A stretch of DNA of 64,000 nucleotides from Pristiophorus japonicus (GCF_044704955.1 NC_092007.1:10292001-10356000); one strand, 5' to 3'. Counted from the first letter of the stretch, positions 48,956 through 60,900 are shown. Made by a program: numbers and translations. The notes: generated by a model from the letters alone, not told the origin.

Positions 48956-51661
48956 AAAAGGAAGTGTGGTAGTGTTGCAAGTTTAAGAGGAAATTAACGT
49001 AATAGTAAGGAAGGACATTAGCTTGGATGAGTGGGAATCGTTATGGGTGGAGCTGCAGAATACCAAAGGGCAGAAAACGCTAGTTAGAGTTGTGTACAGA
49101 CCACCAAACAGTAGTAGTGAGGTTGGGGACAGCATCAAACAAGAAATTAGGGATGTGTGCAATAAAGGTACAGCAGTTATCATGGGCGACTTTAATCTAC
49201 ATTTCGATTGGGCTGATCAAACTGGCAGCAATGCGGTAGAGGAGGATTTCCTGGAGTGTATTAGGGATGGTTTTCTAGACCAATATGTCGAGGAACCAAC
49301 TAGAGAGCTGGCCATTCTAGACTGGGTGATGTATAATGAGAAAGGACTAATTAGCAATCTGGTTGTGCGAGGCCCCTTGGGGAAGAGTGACCATAATATG
49401 GTAGAATTCTTTATTAAGATAGAGAGTGACACAGTTAATTCAGAGACTAGGGTCCTGAACTTAAGGAAAGGTAACTTCGATATATGAGATGTGAAGTGGC
49501 TAGAATACACTGGCGAATGATACATTAAAAGGTTGACGGTGGATAGGCAATGGCAAACATTTAAAGATCACATGGATGAACTTCAGCAATTGTACATCCC
49601 TGTCTGGAGTAAAAATAAAATGGGGAAGGTGGCTCAACCGTGGCGAACAAGGGAAATTAAGGATAGTGTTAAATCCAAGGAAGAGGCATATAAATTGGCC
49701 AGAAAAGAGAAGCAAACCTGAGGACTGGGAGAAATTTAGAATTCAGCAGAGGAGGACAAAGGGTTTAATTAGGAGGGAGAAAATAGAGTACGAGAGGAAA
49801 CTTGCTGGGAACATAAAAACTGTCTGCATAAGCTTCTATAGATATGTGAAGAGAAAAAGATTAGTGAAGACAAACGTAGGTCCCTTGCAGTTAGAATCAG
49901 GTGAATTTATAATGGGGAACAAAGAAATGGCAGACCAATTGAACAAATACTTTGGTTCTGTCTTCACGAAGGAAGACACAAATAACCTTCCGAAAATACT
50001 GGGGGACCGAGGGACTAGTGAGAAGTAGGAACTAAAGGAATTCCTTATTCGTCGGGAAATTGTGTTAGGAAAATTGATGGGATTGAAGGCCGATAAATCC
50101 CGAGGGTCTGATAGTCTGCATCCCAGAATACTTAAGGAAGTGGCTCTAGAAATAGTGGATGCATTGGTGATCATTTTCCAACAGTCTATCGACTCTGGAT
50201 CAGTTCCTATGGACTGGAGGGTAGCTAATGTAACACCACTTTCTAAAAAAGGAGGGAGAGAGAAAACAGGTAATTATAGACCGGTTAGCCTAACATCAGT
50301 AGTGGGGAAAATGTTGGAATCAATTATTCAAGATGAAATAACAGCACATTTGGAAAGCAGTGATAGGATCGGTCCAAGTCAGCATGGATATATGAAAGAG
50401 AAATCATGCTTGACAAATCTTCTGGAATTTTTTGAGGATGTAACTAGTAGAGTGGACAAGGGAGAACCAGTAGATGTGGAGTATTTGGACCTTCAAAAGG
50501 CTTTTGACAAGTCCCAGACAACAGATTAGCAAAATTAAAGCGCATGGTATTGGGGGTAATGTACTGACATGGATAGAGAACTGGTTGGCAGACAGGAAGC
50601 AGAGAGTCAGGATTAACGGCTCCTTTTCAAAATGGCAGGCAATGACTAGTGGAATGCCGCAGGGCTCAGTGCTGGGACTCCAACTATTTACAATATACAT
50701 CAATGATTTAGATATTAAGTGTAATATCCCCAAGTTTGCAGATGACACTAAGCTGGGTGGCAGTGTGAGCTGTGAAGGGGATGCTAAGAGGCTGCAGGGT
50801 GACTTGGGCAGGTTAGGTGAGTGGGGCAAATGCATGGCAGATGCAGTATAATGTGGATAAAGGTGAGGTTATCCACTTTGGTGGCAAAAACACGAAGGCA
50901 GAATATTATCTGAATGGCGGCAGATTAGGAAAAGGCGAGGTGCAACGAGACCTGGGTGTCATGGTACATCAGTCATTGAAAGTTGGCATGCAGGTACAGC
51001 AGGCGGTGAAGAAGGCAAATGGCATGTTGGCCTTCATAGCTAGGGGATTTGAGTATAGAAGCAGGGAGGTCTTGCTGCAGTTGTACAGGGCCTTGGTGAG
51101 GCCTCACCTAGAATATTGTGTTCCGTTTTGGTCTCCTAATCTGCGGAAGGACGTTTTTGCTATTCAGGGAGTGCAACGAAGGTTCATCAGACTGATTCCC
51201 GGGATAGCAGGACTGACATATGAGGAGAGACTGGATCGACTGGGCCTGTATTCACTCGAGTTTAGAAGGATGAGAGAGGATCTCACAGAAACATATAAAA
51301 TTCTGACGGGACTGGACAGGTTAGATGTAGGAAGAATGTTCCCGATGTTGGGGAAGTCCAGAACCAGGGGTCACAGTCTAAGGATAAGGGGTAAGCCATT
51401 TAGGACCGAGATGAGGAGAAACTTCTTCACTCAGAGAGTTGTTAACCTGTGGAATTCTCTACCGCAGAGAGTTGTTGATGCCAATTCATTGGATATATTC
51501 AAGAGGCAGTTAGATATGGCCCTTACGGCTAAAGGGATCAAGGGGTATGGAGAGAAAGCAGGAATGGGGTACTATGGGAATGATCAGCAATGATCTTATT
51601 GAATGGTGGTGCAGGCTCGAAGGGCTGAATGGTCTACTCCTGCACCTATTTTCTATGTTTC
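48956..51661 (+). mobile_element. CR1 ORF2, 5'-truncated, inside the satellite
   Basis: VVYRPP, GDFN, SDH, PQGSVLG, FADD, TTTCTATGTTTC tail. Confidence 0.95.
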
Positions 51662-53397
51662 TCTCCCGGCCCAATACACTCTGCACTGGCTCACTCCCGG
51701 CCCAATACACTCTGCATTGGCTCACTCCCGGCCCAATACACTCTGCACTGGCTCATTCCCGGCCCAATACACTCTGCACTGGCTCACTCCCGGCCCAATA
51801 CACTCTGCACTGGCTCACTCCCGGCCCAATACACTCTGCACTGGCTCACTCCCGGCCCAATACACTCTGCACTGGCTCACTCCCGGCACAATACACTCTG
51901 CACTGGCTCACTCCCGGCCCAATACACTCTGCACTGGCTCACTCCCGGCCCAATACACTCTGCACTGGCTCACTCCCGGCCCAATACACTCTGCACTGGC
52001 TCACTCCCGGCCCAATACACTCTGCACTGGCTCACTCCCGGCCCAATACACTCTGCACTGGCTCACTCCCGGCCCAATACACTATGCACTGGCTCACTCC
52101 CAGCACAATACACTCTGCACTGGCTCACTCCCGGCCCAATACACTCTGCACTGGCTCACTCGCAGGCCAATACACTCTGCACTGGCTCACTCCCGGCCCA
52201 ATACACTCTGCACTAGCTCACTCCCGGCCCAATACACTCTGCACTGGCTCACTCCCGGCCCAATATACTCTGCACTGGCTCACTCCCGGCACAATACACT
52301 CTGCACTGGCTCACTCCCGGCACAATACACTCTGCACTGGCTCACTCCCGGCTCAATACATTCTGCACTGGCTCACTCCCGGCACAATACACTCTACACT
52401 GGCTCACTCCCAGCGTAATACACTCTGCACTGGCTCACTCCCGGCCCAATACACTCTGCACTGGCTCACTCCCAGTGTAATGCACTCTGCACTGGCTCAC
52501 TCCCGGCACAACACACTCTGCACTGGCTCACTCCCGGCCCAATACACTCTGCACTGGCTCACTCCCAGTGTAATACACTCTGCACTGGCTCACTCCCGGC
52601 ACAACACACTCTGCACTGGCTCACTCCCGGCCCAATACACTCTGCACTGGCTCACTCCCAGTGTAATACACTCTGCACTGGCTCACTCCCGGCACAACAC
52701 ACTCTGCACTGGCTCACTCCCGGCCCAATACACTCTGCACTGGCTCACTCCCGGCCCAATACACTCTGCACTCACGGCGTAATACACTCTGCACTGGCTC
52801 ACTCCCGGCCCAATACACTCTGCACTGGCTCACTCCCAGCGTAATACACTCTGCACTGGCTCACTCCCGGCCCAATACACTCTGCACTGGCTCACTCCCG
52901 GCCCAACACACTCTGCACTGGCTCACTCCCGGCATAATACACTCTGCAGTGGCTCACTCCCAGCGTAATACACTCTGCACTGGCTCACCCCCGGCCCAAC
53001 ACACTCTGCACTGGTTCACTCCCGGCCCAATGCACTCTGCACTGGCTCACTCCCGGGCCAAGACACTCTGCACTGGCTCACTCCCGGCCCAATACACTCT
53101 GCACTGGCTCACTCCCGGCCCAATACACTCTGCACTGGCTCACTCCCGGCCCAATACACTCTGCACTGGCTCACTCCCGGCATAATACACTCTGCACTGG
53201 CTCACTCCCAGCCCAATACACTCTGCACTGGCTCACTCCCAGCGTAATACACTCTGCACTGGCTCACTCCCGGCCCAATACACTCTGCACTGGCTCACTC
53301 CCGGCCCAATACACTCTGCACTGGCTCACTCCCGGCCCAATACACTCTGCACTGGCTCACTCCCGGCCCAATACACTCTGCACTGGCTCACTCCTGG
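51662..53397. repeat. 31-bp satellite
   Basis: Unit CCCAATACACTCTGCACTGGCTCACTCCCGG. Confidence 0.97.
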
Positions 53398-53947
53398 TGT
53401 GGATATCTGAACGGAATATATGGAATTAAGGACAGTAAAGTAAACGGGATATATGAAAATGTATAAGCCATGGAAGAATAGCTGGGAGAATGTCAGATTG
53501 CAAAAAGTGCAACATCAGCTTAGCTAACAGTCTGTCTCAAGGTTTCAAGTCACTAATCCTGCCAATAATATATAATTGTAACATGAAATACATCTGCAGA
53601 ATTGCAAGGTCTCAGTAAATAGTCACACCATTAGATTGAAACATTTGGAGGCAATACTTGAGCTTTCAAGAAGAACATCTCATATAGATTGACTAATGAG
53701 TGGCTGAGTTAGACTGTCAATCCATTTGTATTTTGTTATCTGATTTCAAAACTGTATAACTGTTAACGCTTTACGATGTAACTTCACCTATCCGTAGGGA
53801 GTGTGTACGCTCTATCCAGAGAGTATATCTTCTGTCTGATAGGTCTTACTGGCCGGTAATAAAGACTGCTTTGTTCAAAGCACAAGAGGTATTCGACTCA
53901 GTAATTTTACTGAACCAGATTGAGGTAAAAGAATCCAGGAATTAACA
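53398..53947 (+). repeat. ERV 5' LTR
   Basis: TGTGGATATC...GAATTAACA; AATAAA at 53858; no difference from the 3' LTR found by eye. Confidence 0.97.
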
Positions 53948-53949
53948 TT

Positions 53950-53967
53950 TGGTGTCAGAAGTGGGAT
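53950..53967 (+). promoter_or_regulatory. Primer-binding site, tRNA-Leu
   Basis: TGGTGTCAGAAGTGGGAT, complementary to the 3' 18 nt of vertebrate tRNA-Leu(CAA/CAG). Confidence 0.88.
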
Positions 53968-55752
53968 CTCAACGGACGACTGCCGAAAACTTGCGAATTA
54001 AGAGCCAGACTAGCCTTGGACGAGACGAGGGGAAAATGGCCACTGGAGTGAGTATGATTTCAATACTGCTCCAGTTTCCCCCGGTTTCAAAAATCTGAGG
54101 AAAGTTTAGCCACTCGCTGGTTCTCAGGTAGTGTCTGAACGAGATCCAGGACAATCTGGTGAATACCTTTCAAACTTAGAATAGGGATAGAGATAGGGAA
54201 ATTGTGCGATGACGCAAACCAAGCGGCGACTTGGAAAGGGAAAGATAGTTAGAGCTAGATAGGGATAGATGATCAATCATGGATCCAAAAAAAATTTAAT
54301 AGGAAAGAAAAGAGACTCTTGTGAATGTCTGTTTAAATGAGAAATGCTTCTGTGACTTTTACTGTAAAAAAAAAGCCGGGGAGTTGTGGTTTGTTTTATC
54401 TCAAACAGAATGAAAGTTTGTTTTAACCCTTCGTAGTGTTGTCCTGTATGTGGGAAGTTTAAGAGTGTGAACCTTATTGAATTACGTATATTCGGATGAT
54501 AAGTTGCGGAGCCAGGAAATGCCCAAAGGATAGATTTGTTAAAAAAAGAAAAAATTACATGGTCCCGGTGGTTAAAAAAAAAGAAAAACTTGTTGAAAGA
54601 AAACATTCAGAGAAGGCACAGCAAAACAACTGAGATGGATTTAAAAGGATTTAAAAAAAAATTATATTAAATAACACGACCTTGAGGCTGGAACAATTGA
54701 GATAACGAAAAGCAGTCCACAGCCTACGTGCCAGACTTCTCTCTAGTTATAAAAAAAAGTAACGTACTAAATAGGTGCCGAAAGAAAAAAAAAAAAATGT
54801 TCTGAGATTTTAAATTATGAAAAATATAAAATCACTCCTGTCCAGTTGGCAGAAAAACTCCATTAAATTAGGGCTTTCATTGACTGATTGAATTTAAACT
54901 GCGCAGTAACGTCAAAGGATAGGGAAATTTGGAGACTAAAATAAATTAATTGAGGCTCATAAGAAATCAAAATTAGAAAATTAGGCTCACAGGGAATAAA
55001 ATGGGGATTTAAATAGAGGATAGGTGTTCAACTCAGGTACGACGTCGACCTTGTATATCACTTGGCCCGTCTAGGCTCTGATTGAATTTAAAAAAAAACC
55101 CCGCAGCAACTCGGAAGGTAGGGCCGACGCGAACGCGCGGCCGAGAGAAGGGCCGAAGCGAACGCGCAGCGACGTAAACGCGCAGTGACGCCGACGCGTA
55201 GTGACGCAGAGGCGCAGCAACGCGAATCGCGAAAGTCAGTGCTAATGGCAGTAAGTCTGTAAGTCTTAAGGTGTTTAGAGTTTTAAGTTTAGTATTAAGA
55301 TCGCACGGCTATGCGGACCGTGCGGTGATGCGGGTAATTTTGTAGATCGTGCGGCTATGCGGACCGTGCGGTGATGCGGGTACGTGTTAGAAGTCTTTGT
55401 CTATTTTGTAGATCGCGCGGCTATGCGGACCGTGCGGCGATGCGGGTAAAGTAAAGTTAAAGTATCTTAACTCGCGCGGCGACGCGAGCCACGGGTCGAC
55501 GCGGATTGCGCGGCGGCGTGAGCTGCGGGGCAACGCGGATTGCAAGGCGACGTGAACTGCGAGGCGACGTGGTAGTTTAGTATTAAGATCGTGCGGCGAC
55601 GCGGACCGTGCGGTGATGCGGGTAAGTGTTAGATTTGGAGTTAGTTAAAGTCCGTGTTAGTTCTGTAAAGTCTGTGTCTATTTGTAAGTTTGTTTAAATT
55701 GCACGACGACACGAACGCGTAGCGACACAGTAATACGAGGGGCAGTGTGAAA

Positions 55753-57192
55753 ATGGGAAATCAGTTAGATAAAACCACGGATGCGGATAGTCCGCTACAA
55801 AAGTTATGTGAGGAATTCCCTGAAAGAGCTGAAGACTTTAGAAAATTATCAGGAGCCCTGAACAAATTATTAGGGGATGACCAGTGGCCTCTAAGTGACA
55901 CTAGAAGCGTAGAGGTAAAAAAAAAAGCACAGGGATTAATTTGGAGAAGGGGACGAGGAAAAGGGGATAAAAAAATTTAATTGCAACCTGGCGACATTAT
56001 TGTCAGAAATTAAAAGATGCATCACTTCTATCGAGTTGGCAAACAATGCTATTAAATTAGGACTTGCATTGACAGAGGGAACACATGTTAAAACTGTAGA
56101 CGTCTTTAAAAAAAAAGAATGAATGTGCGCACGAGAAACTTGCTAAGAGATCCTCTGGGACCTCTGAGAAAGGTATTGATCAACTACAAGTTAAAATGGC
56201 TGGCTTTGTGTTAACCGAGGCTGATGATGAAATTGATGAGTGGCCACTGACTCAGCGCCCAACGGCGCCTCCCGCACCCCCTGGCCTCTTGCTCCAGTCC
56301 TCTTCCCAACACCCTCCACCTAACACTCCAGTAAAAAAGAGTTAGGAACAACCACATATCACCAAAGCAACAAACCCAAACTGACTCCTCATCCTCTGAT
56401 AGCGATTCGGATCCCCAGTTTACAAGCAATACAGCCGAAAGGACCAGATCTCACACTCGAAAGGGCAGAACTATATCTCAACATCACAAACAGTCCCGTA
56501 AATCTTCTAGTCAACCTACCAGTCCAAGTTGTGAAAGACATAGCAAACACCCCCGCCGATCGAGACACAGAACTGTCAAGCAGTCAGACAGCTCTGAAAC
56601 ATCCTCCGGCCTAGAAATGATTTCCAAGATCCCAAAGTCCCGACACCAATTCCCTGTCAGACCAATGCCAAACTCTGATGCACAACAAGCTGCAGACCAC
56701 CTCTCTATAGATGTCTGTGATCTTCAAACAACTATTTGATTGCTCACGCTATCCGGACAGATGGAAAGGGCAGTTAGATATTATTGGCAGAAAAAGAAAG
56801 GGGAGGGGGGAGGTGCGCCCCCAACCCGGGTCAAGACTGAATACGTGACTAGAAAGGAAGAGCCATCTCGGGAGGAAGGATCAATAGAACCGCAGTGTTG
56901 CATACAGGATTGGATGGATAAGCAAGGATACGGTTATACTAAACAACCAAACGGCCCGAGCCCTGCTAATAAACCTCCCTATTGTCCCCGGCATGGTATG
57001 GGAAGAGGCCGGGACTGGGTAAGAGGAATTGACTGTTTTAATTGTGGGCAGGAAGGACATTGGAATAAAAATTGCCCCTACCGTCAGCATGGAAAAGGAA
57101 GAGGAGGAAGAGGAGGGGGGCAAGGGGGGAGAGGAAGATCTTTCACTAACTTCTCCCAGAACAACCCCTTTGGTCAATTGTCCCCCGATTGA
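55753..57192 (+). pseudogene. gag: ERV gag, frameshifted, capsid largely deleted
   Basis: MGNQLDKT myristoylation-type start, PTAPP late motif near 56260, QFPVRP capsid start near 56647 followed shortly by NC with CFNCGQEGHWNKNC (57034-57075). Confidence 0.88.
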
Positions 57193-58041
57193 CTACGCAG
57201 CTTGATTGTGCAGGGATCCTCCCCGGACGACGAACCCATTCTGAATGAGTGGCAACCCTTTTTGATAGATACGGGAGCCTTCATGTCTTCTGTACAATCA
57301 AAGCTTAAACTCCCTGCTTCTACTGAAACACAGGAACTTTCAGGATTCCTGGGACAAATCTCGACATTCCCAGTGTCAGAACCGGTTAAAATGGGTTACC
57401 AGGAAGAATCGGTGGAACATCGAGTTGTTATCACAACCAATCTGGACTGTAACTTGATGGCTAGAGACCTCCTTTGCAAATTCCAGTTGCATTTGGAGTG
57501 TGGAGATAATGGGATTATTGTAAAACAGGAAACCCTTAAGCGGCAGTATTATACCACTAGAACCCCTCAGTGGTGGTCTCTGGACCTGCCGCAGGCACCC
57601 TATCACGTGACCCTAGCATACGATCCCAGTGGAAAGAATCAGGTCCTGCAGAACTTTTATCAGGATCACGAAGGGGAAGTGAAGGGAATTCTATTTAGGG
57701 CTAGAGTGACTGGACTGGAAAGAGAGGCAGATTTTGTGGAAGTGGATAAGAATCTGTGGAAACAGCCCCTAACAATGGCACCGCATATTGCTCGTGAAGT
57801 ATTAGCCCCTCACCATGCTAAAGATTTGGGAGTTATGGTACACAAGGCCATAGATGAGGCTGACCCTACCAGCCGGGATGTGCAAATCGTAAAACATGGC
57901 CGAACAGTCCAATTTAATGGGGACCCCGAGAAAGTATTAACAACTCTATGGCATCATACTGGCTCGGACATACCTGACTATGTGGATCCTCATGTGTGGG
58001 CAGAGGACCCCTCCCAAGTGGGTTATACTCCCATTAATTGA
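57193..58041 (+). CDS. pro: ERV protease plus 2H-phosphoesterase-like domain plus RT N-terminus (open frame)
   Basis: FLIDTGAFMS, NLMARDLL, then YHVTLAY and PHIA...HHAKDLGVMV, then VWAEDPSQVG; in frame with gag across TGA-CTA. Confidence 0.85.
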   Translation, partial: LRSLIVQGSSPDDEPILNEWQPFLIDTGAFMSSVQSKLKLPASTETQELSGFLGQISTFPVSEPVKMGYQEESVEHRVVITTNLDCNLMARDLLCKFQLHLECGDNGIIVKQETLKRQYYTTRTPQWWSLDLPQAPYHVTLAYDPSGKNQVLQNFYQDHEGEVKGILFRARVTGLEREADFVEVDKNLWKQPLTMAPHIAREVLAPHHAKDLGVMVHKAIDEADPTSRDVQIVKHGRTVQFNGDPEKVLTTLWHHTGSDIPDYVDPHVWAEDPSQVGYTPIN

Positions 58042-59418
58042 GATCCCAGTGCAGGGCAATGTGGACTGGCCCTCTATCCGACAGAACCCACTGAAATCAC
58101 AGGCAATCCTAAACTGACTTTTCGGCACTGTACTGCAATTAATCCGGCCTGTTTTCTTACTGAGCCACCCCAAGATGAGGAAGAACCCAGTCATGATTGT
58201 TTATGTTTGTTGACGGAAGTACTTCTATTAATCCAGAAGATACACGAATCTCAGGATACGCCATAGTAAACCAGGAGAATCAGGTCTTGGAATCTGCTGC
58301 TTTGAAACCGCCTATTCTGCTCAACAAGCTGAACTATTCGCCCTCACCCAAGCCTGCATCTTGGCCAAAGATCTCAAAGTCAATATCTATACCGACTCTA
58401 GGTATGCCTTTGGGGTGGCGCATGATTTCGGACAATTATGGAAAAATAGGGGATTCCTAACCTCACAGGGGAATGAGATATCTCATAAACAGTTAGTATC
58501 TGATTTGTTGCAAGCCCTCATGTTCCCCAAACGCATTGCCATTGTACCAAGAGGCCAAACAGGCCTCTCGTGACCAACAGATGGTAGTGCCCAAAATTAT
58601 GAGTCAGATTAAAAATCCTGCAAAGGATAAGTTAGCCTCGGAAAAACCAATGCCAACCATCCAAGATGTTATAAAAGCACAGGGGGACGCTCCTGAAAAA
58701 GATAAACTGTTGTGGAAATATTATGCATGTACTTATGACAATGTTTCTAAACTCTGGACCACTCCCGCGGAACAGACTTGCATGTCTGACGAGTTGGCCT
58801 CATGGGTTATAGAATGTCTGCATTTTGCTACTCATTGTGGAGCAAGGGCAACAAGTGATACACTTTTGGCTACTTGGTGGCACCCTAAACTCCAGGCGCT
58901 CACCCAGAACATCAGTAGTCGTTGCCTGGTTGGCCAGCAACATAATCCAGGGAAGGGAGTCCCCTGTGATTGGGGTAAAACGCCCCTACCCGAAGGTCCC
59001 TTTGAGACATTTCAGTTGAACTACATTGAGTTGCAAAAAGTTCAGTGTTACAGATATGTGTTAGTAATAGTAGATGTGTTTAGCAGATGGATTGAAGCCT
59101 ACCCTAACCTGGACAATAAGACTCAGACTGTTGTTAAGGTGTTAATGAGGGAAATTGTTCCTAGATATGAGATCTCAGCTAGACTGATGACCACCTATGT
59201 TCTTTCTCTGACTCAGGCTCTGCGACTAGTTCACAACCAGGTTCAAGATGCTTACCCGAATAGTCCCTCGTGGCACCAGGGAAGTATGGATTCGGAAGGG
59301 ATTAGAGCCACAATAGGAGGGGCCTTTTTAGGTGTCACTCACTACCCCCACTGCAGCCAAGGTTGAGGGGAAAAGTGTCTGGGTTCACCTGCACCACTGC
59401 AAGCTCATCACCATTTAA
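58042..59418 (+). pseudogene. pol: ERV pol remnant: RT core deleted, RNase H and integrase partial
   Basis: IRQNPLKSQA joined near 58105 to INPACFL...HDC; FVDGS, SAQQAEL, YTDSRYAFG; HFATHCG, VDVFSRWIEAYP; no YxDD and no integrase SDNG/E segment. Confidence 0.9.
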
Positions 59419-59591
59419 ACAAATTTTGCTGGTTAGTCTAATTCCTGTTTCTGTTCCAGATCTCCTCCTCCCTATAGCTGAACAAGGCAGTTGAAGGAGG
59501 ATCAGTTTGACCAAATACACTGACGGAGACCTGAAGGGAAACGTGAAAACAGAACTCTTTTTATCAGCTAAATAATTGGACTATTTATAAG

Positions 59592-60315
59592 ATGAGATTG
59601 TGTCTGTATGCTACTGTCTGCATAATAGTGTTGATATATGACAGTTTTGGTGCACGGGAAGGAAGACAAAGGCGAGAGCTCCATGTAAACACCTTTTTGT
59701 ATATGTCTTACGTTTATGCGGAAAAAGGGCACTTCACTAGATGCTGGGTGTGTTCACATATCCCTATACATTCCAAAGGGGGAATTCCTTTGCGCACCGT
59801 TCCCCTGACCCTAACTGAGACTGTTAGATGGATTCAAAGAAACGATATTGGAACAGGTAGCTCACCGCACTGCTGAGGCTCTGGAGGGCATCACAGCTGA
59901 AATGGTAGCGATAAGGACCGTAGCATTACAAAACCGAATGGCCCTCGATTACCTGTTAGCTGAGAAAGGGGGAACGTGTGCCCTGATAGGATCTGAATGT
60001 TGCACTTACATTCCTGATAGTTCAGAAAACATAACCCACCTTGCCGATCACATAAGGAGGGAGGTGAAAAAGTTATCCACACCAGCAAAAGAACTTAGCA
60101 GGTTTGATTGGTTTCTGGGTGGATCTTGGAGATCCTATCTAATACATGGGGCAATTGTTCTCATCATAATAATTACCTGCTGTTTGATTGTTGGTTGCCT
60201 TAACCTCTGCTGTAAAGCAATGACAAGGTTAGCAGACCCTCTTGTGGTCAAGGGTTCCCGGGTTATGATCCAACAAACTAGAGAACTACTCAACAATGCA
60301 ATACTCATAGAATGA
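59592..60315 (+). pseudogene. env: ERV env with most of SU deleted
   Basis: Signal peptide and CWVC joined out of frame near 59847 to TM with LQNRMALDYLLAEKGG, CALIGSECC (CX6CC) and membrane anchor; splice acceptor at 59438-59459. Confidence 0.92.
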
Positions 60316-60339
60316 TCCTAAATGTTATCATTGAATGAT

Positions 60340-60350
60340 AAAAGGGGGGA
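60340..60350 (+). promoter_or_regulatory. ERV polypurine tract
   Basis: AAAAGGGGGGA immediately before the 3' LTR. Confidence 0.9.
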
Positions 60351-60900
60351 TGTGGATATCTGAACGGAATATATGGAATTAAGGACAGTAAAGTAAACGG
60401 GATATATGAAAATGTATAAGCCATGGAAGAATAGCTGGGAGAATGTCAGATTGCAAAAAGTGCAACATCAGCTTAGCTAACAGTCTGTCTCAAGGTTTCA
60501 AGTCACTAATCCTGCCAATAATATATAATTGTAACATGAAATACATCTGCAGAATTGCAAGGTCTCAGTAAATAGTCACACCATTAGATTGAAACATTTG
60601 GAGGCAATACTTGAGCTTTCAAGAAGAACATCTCATATAGATTGACTAATGAGTGGCTGAGTTAGACTGTCAATCCATTTGTATTTTGTTATCTGATTTC
60701 AAAACTGTATAACTGTTAACGCTTTACGATGTAACTTCACCTATCCGTAGGGAGTGTGTACGCTCTATCCAGAGAGTATATCTTCTGTCTGATAGGTCTT
60801 ACTGGCCGGTAATAAAGACTGCTTTGTTCAAAGCACAAGAGGTATTCGACTCAGTAATTTTACTGAACCAGATTGAGGTAAAAGAATCCAGGAATTAACA
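60351..60900 (+). repeat. ERV 3' LTR
   Basis: 550-bp copy of 53398-53947. Confidence 0.97.

Larger units (their letters stand above)
53398..60900 (+). mobile_element. Class I (epsilon/gamma-like) endogenous retrovirus, internally deleted, 7503 bp
   Basis: Two 550-bp LTRs (TG...CA), 4-bp TSD CTGG at 53394-53397 and 60901-60904, PBS, PPT, gag/pro/pol/env remnants with gamma-type env motifs. Confidence 0.97.

Noticed and set aside
46328-48986. ORFs of 860-870 aa and Cys-rich keratin-associated-like antisense ORFs
   Set aside because: Stop-free satellite units open in several frames on both strands, with 30/31-bp frame slips
54280-56120. APOBEC-type G-to-A hypermutation as the cause of A runs and stops in the ERV leader and gag
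   Set aside because: Cannot be separated from slippage or homopolymer errors without a consensus
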